This document shows positions 50,605 to 64,000 of a stretch of DNA of 64,000 nt, one piece after another. This stretch comes from Felis catus. Taxonomy: Eukaryota. Positions within the stretch are counted from its first letter, which is position 1, and the number at the start of each line of letters is the position of its first letter. A program made the position numbers and the translations under genes. The notes under the pieces were generated by a model. That model ran no database searches. It saw nothing but the letters and a program-made list of their open reading frames with translations, and was not told the origin of the DNA. The stretch is from contig NC_058368.1 of the NCBI RefSeq assembly GCF_018350175.1, forward strand, positions 57,662,001 to 57,726,000. The letters run 5' to 3'.

Positions 50605-52658
50605 CATATTTCTTGAAAGCACTTCTCCATCTTCAAGTACTTTTGTATATTTAACCTCATATGCTATTTCTTTCTAACTGCTCCAGAAAATCATGACTTA
50701 TATCTGCATTTTTTCTGCTTTAGTTGTTTTAACTCCTTTTAGAATATGAAAGCATCACTTATCTTCCTATGTTTATCTTATATAGCTGTGCTAACTTATG
50801 ATTCAACATAAATAATAAGTTCATAAATGTGAATGAATTATTTCAATAAATAATTCCAGATTATGGAAACATCTGGTTAGAACTCAGTAGAATCAATTTT
50901 CAGCATCACATTCCCAAAGTTATGGGTGTGATTCCCTGATTCATTCTGTGTTAAAAAGATGCCCTTGAGTGCAGTTATGGAAGACAAAGTACTGGTGTCA
51001 GTGGTATCCTTGCAGAATGTCATTATAATCAGCAGCTATGACACAATGAAAGTGTAGCTGGCAGTAAACCATGAGCCATATCAATTACATTTGAAAGTAA
51101 AATATTTCCAGTAATGAAATATATTAGTTTGCAGTGGAGTTATTGAAATATTTGGAAGAGGAGATAGCCCCTACTCTGGTATACCTCAGGAATTTCTGTA
51201 TTCCTGCTTGTGTATTTGCTTCATGCCTTAACTATTTTGTTCTCTGAAAATGATGTCTGTGCTGACAGTTCTCTCTTCCTTCTTTGCTTTAAGAATATCT
51301 CAGATAATGGATATGAGGTTCCTCACTAATATTTCACACTAGCATTTCGTTTGTGGACAAGGATCTGTCAGATATGAGTCTAATAAGACATTCAAATAGA
51401 GATGTGTTCCTAGTGTAACCAATACCTTCAGGTGGTAGAACTTTCACATAAGCAATTTCAATCTTATCTGAAGATAAGTTTAACATCTTCATGAATGTGA
51501 AGGTTATATTATGTGGGAAAATGAATTTATCTCTCTATAGATTTCTGTAACAGGATCCAATGTAATAGATAGTATGTTACAAAATTTAGTGCTTTTTAGC
51601 TGTAGTAATCTTGAACCAGCTTTATACTAATTAGAACTCCTTTAACAGAACTTTCGATAGTGGTTTACATATAATCATTTATTGGTTAAAATTTTAAGTT
51701 AAAGAAGTATATTTTACTAACTGCCTTATTACAATATTTGCTAATTTCTATACTAAAAGTGGAGAGGAATTTATTATAATTAGGGCTATTTTTAGGCTAG
51801 ATTATGACATAACTACTGTGTTTTTGTCAATGCAGTATTTCTGTGTCATTTCATCTCTTTCTCCAAATGTGCCCAAATTTGTGACTCAAACCTTGATCCA
51901 TGCTATTCTCGCTTCGTGGTGTGCATGTACTGAATAGGGTCTTGTTAAAATAAACTCCCACCTTTTTCTGTATCTATGACTTTATACATCATTTATCCTC
52001 TCCATCCTCTTTCTGCACCAATAAATTAAAAGTAATTCACAAAAAATGCCCTGATATAATAAATACATTTAGTGTCCTGAAACTTTTATATAAAACTTGG
52101 TTGAAATAATATCTAAAATGTCAATTTCTAAATGGCTGAGTTTTCTTCCTTATTAAATTAGGTTGATACAAGAAGAGACTATATGTTTACAGATTGTTAT
52201 TATTATAGAATTTGGGCAGGACACATACACATTCAAAACCCTGCTCTCCCTGCAGCTCCATGAGGAAGCAATATGCACAGTGAAGCAAGGAAAAACAAGC
52301 TGGGCATTGTAGTCCTCTCTTAGAAATGGATCCAATGTGGAATCTCTGGATGCAGAGTAAGTAGAATCAGGTAGGGTCTTTTCTTGTGCAAGAAAGTTCT
52401 AGGATGCCATGACTAAACTAGACCCAGAGAATGAGGAAAAAAAATAAAAGGTCTGGGATCGTGCAAACCACAATAGAGAAAAGGACGACATTTGTCAGGT
52501 TCACAGAAAGAGTGATAAGCAAAAAGCAGCAGTTCCAATGCCCATGGAGTGTGGGGACAGCTCAAGTGTGGCCACTACCTGCCTGTTCCTCCACTCTGTG
52601 CTAGGATAAAAGAAAGCATCCAGAAAAGTGTGGGCAGGTAGAAGGGTGGCAATTCCAA

Positions 52659-52669
52659 GAAACAAAAAC

Positions 52670-52700
<31 letters not shown>

Positions 52701-52702
52701 AC
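52659..52702. repeat. (CAAAA)n simple repeat
   Basis: Directly visible. Confidence 0.9.
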
Positions 52703-53091
52703 ACTCGTCCCCTAACTACTGATTTCGTATATTATCATGGATATTTTAATGGAACAAAGTAATATTCTCAGGCTTTTTATCTCAGCATTCCTAGTTCCTG
52801 TTTTCAACATTTCCCAATTGAGTTAACTGCAAAAGTTCATAATGGACTCCAGTGTGCTCCTCATTGCACTGACATCACAATATTTCATTTTTGGTCTTAA
52901 CTTTTGATACTTTTTTTCCCTAACAAGGCATTCATTCTTACAGAAAATATAATTGTACCTAAATATGATAAAGAAAAAAACATAGTGACAACTTTAAAAT
53001 TCTGGCATAATTAGTGGTGGCATTTTTGATATTTGAGTGTTCAATACATATTTTTGCACAATTGATATCTGACCATAAAATTATGCACTGC

Positions 53092-53400
53092 TTATTTATT
53101 CTGCAAATATTTGCTTAGCTTTATAATGTGCCAGGTTTTGTTCTTGACACCAAGAATATAGCACTGAAAAAACACATCTCTTGCTCTCATGGAGCTCATA
53201 CTCCAGTGTGTGACAGACAGGCAATACACAATAAATAAATGAATATACCAGAACAGAATGCTAAGAAAATAAAGCCATCCTAAAGTAAAAGACAGTGGTG
53301 GGCATTGCGGGAGGTGGGGCAAAGGAGGTCCTATGTTAGTGTTGCAGAGGAAGACATCATGATAGTGTGACATAAGTGCAGAGATGTAAATATTGGGAGC
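53092..53400 (-). mobile_element. LINE-2 3' end
   Basis: caaatatttgcttagctttataatgtgccagg..cttgctctcatggagctcatactccagtg. Confidence 0.85.
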
Positions 53401-55744
53401 ATTTTTCCAAGTTATTAAAATTCTGATGCCTATTTTAATAGTTGCACAGTATTCCTTTGTATGTATCTGCAGTCACATATGTTTAAATTTCAGGTTAACT
53501 CTTCTATAATATAAATGGGCTTCAGCCAACATAAACAGTGTAGACGTGCTCACATTTCTACTATTTCTATAAGAAGAGTCATTTGGATGTAGAATTACCA
53601 TGACAAATTTTAATTAATGATGTACTAGCCAATGTTGCCCTGCTTTTAAGAATGCATATAATAGATTGTTTCCAGAAGTATATACTATTGTTCAACTCCT
53701 TATGTGCAAGCCAGGATTGCTTATTACTATTTCATGCTTACTAATTGGATAGAAAAAAAGAGCAGGTTTTTGCTCTGTTAATTGCTGTTTCCCTGATTAC
53801 CAATTTTGGTGACCATGTGAAACAACTTTTCTCCCGTTTGTTCTGAAGTTTCTACTCAGGTGTCCAAGAAACCAATGTATCAATCAGTTATTTTACTCTC
53901 GACTCTTACCCTTATGCTTACCTACTCCCAGCAGACTTTCATTATTTCACATTAGTTCAGAATGTATTTTCTTCAGCAAAAATAAGCTCTGCAAATAAAA
54001 TTTTATGCCTCAAGGATAGAAATAATTTCAGTGTGGTTGAAAGGGCTCAAAGATCAATGTTCCTACCTCTTGCCTGTCCATCTAATATATAGTGAACTCA
54101 CTGGGCTCCTCTAAACATTTTTTTAAGTAGTCCACAGGAAAAAGTGTACACTTCTTAAAATTCTTCATGGTTTTGTTAACTTTAAAACTCATTTCTTCCT
54201 TTTTAGTTCTTAAACTCTAACCATAGACATCAAATTGTAATTTCTCCATATATATCATAATCTCACTTTTCTTGCCTTTTCCTTCTATACAGAAGGCGCT
54301 CTCCCCACATGGTCCACTTCAGCTCCAAAACTACTTTGAATCATTCAAACCTCAAAGCACGATGACCTGCTCTCAACCCCCTTCCAATCTGGATTGGGCA
54401 TCTGTGCTCCGTTTTCATGGTGCCATACAGTGTTCTCAGTATATTTCTATCATAGCCATGTGTTCACTTTATCTCTTACACGAAATTCCTTGAAGATGTA
54501 GATGAGGTTGTATTCATTGCATTTGCTTTTAACATTCAGTGGATCTTCAGTGGTTCTTAAATAGATGGAAACAGGAAGGTCTCCACCTCTCACTCATTCT
54601 GACGTCTTCCTAGAATCCCCAACATTTACATAAATTATCTCTCACACCAATGTCTGAATATCTTTAGAACAAATTTCAACTCGGTTACTTAGGGATAAAA
54701 CATATTCAATATTTTCCTTTTGCCAACAAAGCTAAGTCAAAATACAACAACTTGGTTTTAAAAGCCTTCTACACCATAGTCCCAGTCTGATATTTTATCC
54801 TGGTATGGAGATGACCTGTCTGCAAAATCCCTGAAATTCTTAATATTTCCTACCACTATTTCCCCAATATCTGCCAGAAGTCATTGCATTATGAAGGTTT
54901 TGCACTTTATTCATAATGTTTATCTGCTTCAATTGCCTTCCCTGTTCCCTCCCAATTGTAGGGGAATTCTACTTTCTTTGATCTCTTGTATGTCTTTGTA
55001 ACTCTCTTACAGCACTAATTACATGCAGCCTTTTAAAATCAGTATATGTTTTAATTACATGCGCTAGAGCATTCTTCTCTTCTGTGTCCCACAAGATCAT
55101 GTTTATTTTTCTGTCACAATACCATGTATTATTAAAATTATGAGTTTATACATTTCTTATTTGCCTTTGGGGCCTCAGCAGTTAGCCTAACACCTTATAT
55201 AATAGATATCCAATGACTATTGAATACATACACATACAGTAATTATGGGCATCTTAGACACGATTGTAAGCTCTTTGACAAAAATGAGTTCCTATTACAT
55301 CCAGTGCCATGCTTTAAATACAAGAGGCGAACCACACATATTTATACAACCAAGTTAACAAACATTTGACCTAAGAATGAGAATATGCCACCATCATTAC
55401 TAGTTTAGTTTAATATTATTCTCTACTTTTACTCTTTATGATAAGTATTTTTTCTACTACTGTACTTGGCTCTCCTTAAATCCTTCAATAATTAACCTCA
55501 TGTATATTACCATATCTGGTTACCATTTACACATATCAAGCAAGTGAAACTTCTGTTTTGTTAGGTCATATTTCTATTTGATCAGAGATTAATATTGAAT
55601 AACTGTTTTTTATGCCTATTATTTTTAGAAGATTAAAAGCTACTTTAAAATAAAAGAATCTGAAATATTTAATGGTTCCAGGTAAAAAGTGAAAAAAAAT
55701 GGTGGCAAGTCAAAAAAAAAAAAAACAACAAAAACAAAAAAACA

Positions 55745-56870
55745 AGAGGAATCTGAAGGAATATTCCATGGCCAAAACTGGTATGAATTGAGCAATTTTT
55801 TTTGAATGATAGTATTGGATTATAAAACATAAAATTAGCAATCATGAGGACATATGGATATGAATAATCAAATATATGAAAAATAGCTCTTCCTTAAAAA
55901 AAAACTTAAATTAACACATATAGAAGAAATTAATGAAACCCCAAATCATCATTAGGCAAACAGCACACTAATAATTTTTCCAGGCACAGTCAACCAGGGG
56001 ATGCTAAAGTCAAGTGGAAATAATTAATGATCTCATGTATAGCATGGTGAATGTTATTAATAATATTCTATTTAATCCTGGACATTTTCTGAAAATAGAA
56101 CTCAGGTATTTTTGTTAACATACACAAAAATGTAATGATGTAAGAATATATGTTAGATTGACTAATAATTATTTCACTAAGTATATCAAATCATTATGTT
56201 ATATACCTTAAATTTATATAATTTTTATTTAAAAAATAAAACAAGACCAGTGGGCAAATTTGATTAGAAATTTGATATTAAAATTTGGTATTAGCATTAT
56301 CTCATATCTATTACAAAATTAAAATAGAAACTATACAGTAGAGCTACTTGGCAGACATAAGCTTAATCAAGTTCTTAAGACCACAAGTAATAAAACATAC
56401 TGACATCTTGAATGCCCAAATGCCCAACATATGAGAATGACAACATCAATTCCATAGAATTATTACCAAAAATGCATAAAATTACTCTATGTAGAAGAAA
56501 AATCAGACAAACCCTTGTTGAGAGACATTCTATAAAATAACTATCTAGTATACATCAAAAGTATCAAGAAAATCATGAAAGACAAAGAAAGAATGAGAAA
56601 CTGATCACAGATTATAAGAGATTAAGGAGAAATTATTAAATGAAACTTGAGATTTTTTTATTGGAATCTGGAACAGAAAACCACAGGGGGAAATGGATAA
56701 ACCTCAATAAACTTTGATATATTTGCATCAGTGTTAATTGCTGATATTCAAATCATGGTTATGTAAATACTAGTGTTACAGGAAGATGGTGAAGAGTGTA
56801 TGTGAACTATCAATACTATTTTGCAAATGTTATATAGGTTGTAATTATCTCAAAATAAAATGTTTAAAAA
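55745..56870 (+). mobile_element. Old L1 (L1MC-like) 3' region with a nested younger L1 3' end at ~56020-56240
   Basis: aatcagacaaacccttgttgagagacattctataaaataact..gaactatcaatactattttgcaa; nested gatctcatgtatagcatggtga..atataccttaaatttatataatttttatt. Confidence 0.75.
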
Positions 56871-59663
56871 GTATTTCATGGATACACTTTGTTTATTTAG
56901 CTTGATAATAGCCCATTCAGTTGTTTGGTCAAAGATGTTATACAATCAAATGCCTACATTTTCATTCAATCTGCAAAGTAGTTTTAAATGGACAAAATGA
57001 ATTAATACATAATCTATTAAGAAGTGCATTGAGATTATGTGGAAAATTTAAAAATCAAGTTTATTTAATGCTTTGTCTCCAGTATTTTTAAATAGATACA
57101 AATTATATTACTGAAAATAAAAATCAGTAATTAGAAAGTTATTCAGTGTTTTTGGGGGGATATATGCTAAATAAGTATTTTTCATCTCATGCACATTTTA
57201 GTTGTTGCTTTTCTTTTATGGTGTACTGCATTAGCAGAACAAGAATGTGCTTGGCATGTCTTATTGTTATTTATTAAACTAATAAACATGTCACCCGATG
57301 TATACTAACCTTGTACTAACATTTGTTTGTAAATAAATAGACTCTTTTCCACAAGATAAATGATTAAATTTTCTTTCATATTATAAGTAACGATCCATAG
57401 TGCAGCAAGTGAGGTCACTCAGAATCTTAAAACTATGGCAATTTAGCAACCCTTTTAAAATATCATACCTGCAAGAAAAAAACTCCCAGAGTAACTAAAT
57501 GTTTATTAAATGAGACATTGCTGTTTTTACCAGGCAGATTCCTTCACAGATGGCACATGGTTAGCTACCATTTCTGTATTGCCCCAGGACAGATCTCCTA
57601 CAGACAATGGTAGTCCCTTGTGATTTACTATTTTATTTGTGAGGAACTATTCAAAAACAGAGACAAAATGTCCTAATATTTTGATCATACTTTGGTCACC
57701 TAATATTCTTGCCGCAATTCTAAAAATTCTCCAAGATAAAAACAGAAAACTAGTTAGGTATATTAAAACCAATATTACAGCTAAAATCATTTAAATCCCG
57801 AATTAAACAATTTAGAAGTTTAAAAGTATACTGATTAAGTATACATGCAAATTCATGATTATTTCTTTGGTCACTTATACTCATTACTATTATGCTCCAA
57901 ATTAAGGTCCCTGGTCCTTCTGTACATTTTAATATATTTAACTCTTTTTCTTAATAGTTTCAAGAGTATAATATAAAAACTATTATCAAAAAACCAAAAC
58001 TAAAATCAAAACCAAACTCAAACTAAACTAAACTAAAATCAAAAAATTTTCACCATCTGTTAAAGGAGATTTTACCCTGGTACTTAGGCAGATGTTCAAC
58101 AGTGGACTTAAGCCAGCACAATAACACATATCATTTGAATTTACATGTGGGTGTAGAAGAAAAATGACTTTTTAAAATACTCAATCTCTATCAAATACAC
58201 ATTTATAATTAAAATTTTGTACCTATTCTTGTCTCCTGGTGCTCTGTTATCCTGCTCTGGTGATGGGGAGTAGAAACATTTGGTATTGCCTATGTACTTA
58301 CATCTAGAATCAGAAGATAGGGAAGAATCATTTCCTATAAGACTGGTTCTCCATGGGTTTCCCTATGGGGACCGGGAGAGGGAAGGGGAAGAAGACAAGC
58401 CGGATACTAAGCCACATTTATTGAGGAGCATGTTAAAGTTCTGTACTTTAGGGAATGATCTGATTTTACCTTCACACAAAGTTAGAATAATCTAATGCCA
58501 CCACATTTGGCAATAAGTGCTCCGTTGTGTCTTGTTCATTCTCCTATGCAAAATAGATGAAGGGTAGTATATTAGAACTATTTGAGATTCCTTTGCTTTA
58601 CAACCAAATCACAAGCAATCACCATCCTTTACCTCTGTACTATATTCATAAAACACATTCATTCTCTATACCCCATCTGCGTTAATCAGAAACCATAAAA
58701 ATCTTTGAATCTGTTGGCCAATGTACAATGTTTTCACTTTGAACTCCATGACAATTGATTTTAAAATACATATCCGGACACATTACCCTTTGTTTATAGA
58801 ATTATGTTTGAGGGGTTCATAAAGATCACATGATCACATTTGTAGATTTCAAATAAAAGATAAAATTTTTATTGAAAACTTCATTTACATGAAGAAGAAA
58901 TAGTTCACCTTTTCTGATTTTTTTTTTCATGTCATGTCTGAAACTCGAGTGAAAACTAATTGTGTTCAGTTTCCTCAGTGGAATTCAGGTCACTCCTCAA
59001 GAGCTCACTAAGAGTTCATTAAAGTGGCAAAGCTTAGAAGTACAAGTAAGGTCAATTTTCAATTTATAAAGATTTTAATTAAAAAAAGCCAAAAGGCTGT
59101 TTCAATGTTATTACAAATACTACTTTTAGGCAGTCCAGTCTGTTTCATTTGTGATGCCATCACTTGGCCCCTTTACGATCCTCTTAGTATATAAGGTGTT
59201 TTATATTCATAGTGATGACTCAAGCTGCACCATACAAAATAAAATTTTATTATGGAACTATTCAAAGTTTCAAATAGTTCGTGTTTTTATTTATTTCAGG
59301 ATTAATGTACTTACTAATGAAATGACTAATCCCTAAAATCTGTAAAACAATGATATACGGTTGAATTTATGTACACTCATTCCAGCAAAAATGACCTTTC
59401 TTAGCAGTGTCATGACCTCTATATAAGAATTTTCACAATGAAATGCATCAAATTTGAACATGGCCTGTACATAATCTTTAGAAATCCAAAGAAGAAAATG
59501 TCAAACTCTTTGAGGTTTCAAAGATTTTATTACCACAAAACTAGAAAGCATTATCAGTTTGGATAACATGTCAACCAGGGTAAGGTTGAAAGTATTGGAA
59601 TTATTAGGGAGGAAAAATTAGGAAGAGATATTATAATTACATTTAAGTACTTGAAAAACTGCT

Positions 59664-60058
59664 TTCAGTCAGGTTAGATATTGTTGCATAAAAGCTACCC
59701 AAACAATCTCACTAGCCTGAAAACCCATCCACCACCTACCACCACTTCCTCTTCATTTTTCTTGCTACCAGTCAATCTCAAGTAAATAATAGTTCTCTCT
59801 GCAGTATTGTTTTTCAGGGACCCAAGATGATAGATATTCCACCACATGAAATACTGCCAATCCTAATAACCATGAGTAGACAACATGCCAAACTATGCAT
59901 CAGCTATTCATGCTATGTGCCCAATTGCTTATGGCCTCTCACATTTCATTTCGTAAAGTCACAAGACCATAGATGACTCAAAGGAGGCATGGAATTGTTG
60001 TCTTAAAGTGTGCTCATAAACAGAAGAGCCAGAGATGTTGAAAAACTAACTACCACAA
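59664..60058 (-). mobile_element. MaLR MLT1 (old subfamily) solo LTR
   Basis: tcagtcaggttagatattgttgcata..tcagggacccaagatgatag..acatttcatt..agccagagatgttg..actaccaca. Confidence 0.65.
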
Positions 60059-61049
60059 CTACCACAACTAGCACTAACTACCACAACCACCCTGCAGAAG
60101 ATTAATTTCCTCCCCCTCACTCCCAAAACAGGCAAGTTGATGTGTATTTGGATATAAAACTCCTAGAAGTATATGTAGATTCTTACAAACACCCCCAAAT
60201 TATGCATGGAACTAAGATGTAAATATTATTTAAATAAGTGCTGTATTTATAGTTCAAAGGTAAAATTATCTAAAACTGTACACAGAGAAATCTCTTTCCC
60301 ATGTGTCTGTCATCCTACTCTCCTGCCTTGTATAAGTAACCATATTTACTTAATAACCCTATTTACTGAATAACCATAATAAGTAATCATAATAAGTAAC
60401 CATATTACTTTATGCTGCTGGAGATTTATCCTAATTCAAATATTTATTCTAAAATATCCTTAATAGGAGTTAGAACTCATAAAAGCATTTTACAATTATG
60501 TATATGATTAAACCAATCGTTTAAATACCCTATGGCATAGATAAGATTTGTGTAATACAAACATTTTTAAGTGTGAGTTATAATGGTGTCAATGTTTCTC
60601 TTGGGAAATCATGGATATGAAGAGTGCAAACTTAGAAAAATGTTGAGGTCTCTAATATGAAAAACTAAATGAATGAAATATCTTGTACTTTATCATAAAC
60701 AACTATTAACATAGTTCTCCAAAGGTTAAGATACACCAGCATAATATGAGACTAGGAACAAAAAAATAATAATAAGGAAACATAGCATGGCTTATTCATT
60801 GTGTTTGAATGCAGAGATAATATATATCTTCATAATTGAGCCTAAGAAGCCTCTTTGGTTTTAAAGATAGTTCTGTTTATAACAAAGATCAATAAGAAAG
60901 ATTTCCAAAGTCATGACTTATGCCTGATAACCAAATGGAACTCTATTTTTTCTTATTGTGGATTATAGTTTAAAAATTGAGAGTAGATTTGTAGTCAGAC
61001 TGCCTCTGTTCATATCCCAATTTGGCCTCTTAGAAAGTTTGTAAATGTA

Positions 61050-61376
61050 GGTGATAAACTAAATATTTGTGTCCCCCAAAATTCATATGTTGAAATTGAG
61101 TCCCAATGTGATAGCATTAGGAAGTGGGCCTTTGGACAGTGATTAGGTCATGAGATGAGATGGACCCCCATGAATAGGATTAGTGACCTTATAAAAGAGG
61201 CCCAAGAGTTTTCATTGTCTATGAAACAGTAAGTTTCCTCATCAGAGACTGTATCTGCTGGCACTTTGATCTTGCACTTTCCAGAAATGTGCAGTCTCCA
61301 GAAATGTGAAAATCAATTTCTGTTGTTTATAAACCAACATATGGTTTTGACATAGTAGCCTGAACAGACTAAGACA
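61050..61376 (+). mobile_element. MaLR MLT1A/MST-type solo LTR inserted in a MIR (MIR ~60975-61049 and ~61377-61480)
   Basis: atttgtgtcccccaaaattcatatgttgaa..gattagtgaccttataaaagaggccc..gcctgaacagactaagaca; MIR halves agtcagactgcctctgttcatatccc / gcaaattacttaacc..ttttctcatct. Confidence 0.88.
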
Positions 61377-63763
61377 TCAAGCAAATTACTTAACCCATAT
61401 AACTTAGGTTTTCTCATCTCTAAGAATTACTATATTAATTTATACTTTTTGTTTAGGAGGATTAAATGTCACTGCACCTACAAACTAATCACTCAATATC
61501 CATTTCTACCTTAATTTTTAATCTTTCCAGATCAAAATATGATCAGGCCTCCAGTTATATTCTTTCCAGCCCTGTTACCCTTAGCTATGGTACTTGGTGG
61601 AGAGTCTCATTCTCTAGCTTTTCCATTGTTATGTGGCATCACTGATCACTAAGACCTATTGCTAGTGTAATTTTTGCCTCTTGCAGAGCTTTTAAGGGCT
61701 TATAAAGAAAAAAGCTTAATAATTACAGCTGGTAAAAATGGAAGTAACATGCTTGGAAGAAGATAACGAATGTGTTCCTAATAATCTAGATTCCAAGCCT
61801 CATATCTCCCAGACTTTTTAACCACCATGGCTAAGTACAGTGTTTCACATTTCCTTTCCTTCAGATATTGCCCTCCCTTATCCCCCTTTAAAGTTACAAA
61901 AAATTACTGTTCTCTAGACTCTTTATTAATAATTTATGGAGCCATTTCTATTCTGAGTCTGGACTCATATCACCTTTCCATTTTTTCCCTTCAGACTACT
62001 TCCCAACATAAGCATTGCTTTAACCAAACTGTTCTACAAGCTCAAAAATGATTTGAATTTCCTTTTTTATGCCTCTCAACTTATGAATCTCTAAAAATAT
62101 TCCAGTTTCATCAGACAAAACCTTGCCTATTTTAAGATAGACATTAAAGTACCATTTAAAAGCCTTACCTATTTACCTTGGCTAGATTAAGTTTTCTTCT
62201 CTCAACTTCAATATGTTAACTCTACCAAATGTATAGAACTTATAGAGGATATTTTGATATTCCTAAATTGATACTGTTAATATATAAAGTTGATAGTCTT
62301 GCCATATATATTTTATCTTATTTTATTCCTAGAGTTTTTATTTTTAATAAATACTTTTGTATTAGCACTCTTCCCATTCTGAAATGAGGATTCTCTGTAT
62401 AGGTATACACATGTACACAAATGCACACTTGTGTGTACACACTCATCTGTGTGTTTATGAGAGAGTTATCCAAGAAGACTCTAGACATTATTCAAAGCTT
62501 TCTTATTTGCTGTTCAAACGGGTGGGAATGGGGTGTCATGGCCAAGTAAATATGCCCCATCACATTTCCCATGTGATGGATGCAGAAAGTAAAGTTGAAG
62601 CGTACTAGCATGTTGGCTCTGATTTTGGTGTATAACCATAACATCTCACATTTGGTCTTTAGAAATGGCTTAGAGTTGAGTGAATAATGAGCATATGTTA
62701 AAGCACTTTGAGAACCATATATCACTATGCTTTATACATTTTACTTTAATATAGTATTTTTTTAGACTCGTAGTTCCAAATCTAAATGATCATCATAATC
62801 TCTTCAGAAGATTAATTTACAAAACCCACAATCCCTGTATCAGGGATTGGTGACTTGCTCTATCAATAGTCTTTAGAATCAGCATTTCTGGAATGTTCTC
62901 CAGGATGAAACTTTGGGAACCTTTGCCTGTAAAGATTTAGAAATTCTACAAGCAAACAGGAGTTATAAATATAAATTTTTGTCACTACGGGTAGGCTGTG
63001 CTCTTGTCACTGAATATGTAAGCATTATTATATTTGGGATTTTTCTCACCAATCTTTAGTCACTTTCAAATTCTAGGAGCTTTGAGAATATCATAAATTT
63101 CCATGTCCTAAGTATTCTATTCATTATAAAAATGTTTCAGAGTTGATGTGGGAATATGTAAGTACATGTTTCTCAAATGTATTTATTATGTTTAACAATT
63201 ACAATACTAGTGATTTTGGACCCTTTCTAATTTTACATTTCTACTTAGGATAATTTATTATAGAAGAAGAGGTATAGCATTGGAAGGCTGGCCTGGGATA
63301 ATGCTAAGTATAGAATGAGCCATTGTTGAATGAATTCATGACTGTCAAGAGTCAGCATTTTCATTCTTTTTCTGATTCCTTCATACCTGATTTTTCCATA
63401 AAATTAAGAGAGCTTCTCTACTTAGTCTATAAACAAATCCACTTTAAGTTGAAATTCTGTCCATGCTTGCTGATGAGAGATGTGAAGTCTCTTCAAGAAT
63501 TTTCTAATGGACTTTCCTGCACTGAAACAGTTTAAAGTTGAGGAATCTGTGAAGGGAGTTAAAAGGATGTCCCTGAGATTACAACTTTGTTTCACTGAGA
63601 TTGTTAAAAAAAGAGTGAATGAGGACTTTTAAGAAATTTTGAAGAATACTAAACAGAGACATCATGTATCATACATCACCTGTCAGCAAGGATATTTATG
63701 AGTTCATGAAGTATTTGGTCGCCAACTCCAATTGTAGTATCCAAACTTATAAATGACTTTTGA

Positions 63764-63964
63764 GGGGTGCCTGGGTGGCTCAGTAGGTTAAGCGTCCCAC
63801 TTGGCTCAGGTTATAATCTTCTCCCATTGGACTCTGTGCTAATGACAGCTCAGAGCCTGGAGCCTGGTTAGGATCCTGTATATTCCTCTCTCTCTGTCCC
63901 TCACTGCTCATTCTCTGTGTGTCTCGCTCTCAAAAAATAAATAAACATTAAAAAGTTTTTAAAA
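63764..63964 (+). mobile_element. CAN-SINE (felid-type)
   Basis: ggggtgcctgggtggctcagtaggttaagcgtcc; degenerate TSD ataaatgacttt / ataaatgtccttt. Confidence 0.95.
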
Positions 63965-64000
63965 ATAAATGTCCTTTATTTAGAGCTCTCTTATATCTCC

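Noticed and set aside
58325..58355. Short imperfect hairpin ggttctccatggg..ccctatggggacc
   Set aside because: Too short and imperfect to indicate an ncRNA.
1..64000. CRISPR array, operon or other prokaryote-type system
   Set aside because: The window is clearly mammalian repeat-rich DNA, with no regularly spaced repeat-spacer array and no long ORFs.

Overview
AT-rich, apparently gene-free mammalian genomic DNA (intergenic or deep intronic). It is from a carnivore, almost certainly a felid, judged by CAN-SINEs including a CpG-intact SINEC_Fc-type copy and a felid-type L1 3' end. I found no credible protein-coding exon, RNA gene or CRISPR array; the listed ORFs are SINE, L1, LTR or microsatellite artefacts. 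The window holds about 19 CAN-SINEs (many with readable target-site duplications), several L1 fragments of different ages, L2/MIR/MER5 relics and MaLR LTRs. The largest single structure is a degenerate ~4.2 kb minus-strand ERV1-like provirus with two LTRs and a tRNA-His primer-binding site. Other notable structures: a near-perfect 183-bp tandem duplication, a SINE flanked by an unusually long (~65-78 bp) direct repeat, a triple SINE stack at one L1 target site, a 75-bp young L1 tail with a perfect 16-bp TSD, and an unidentified ~465-bp GC-richer insert. I do not see evidence for a novel biological system. Repeat family names come from recalled consensus similarity, not a database search, and boundaries are approximate.
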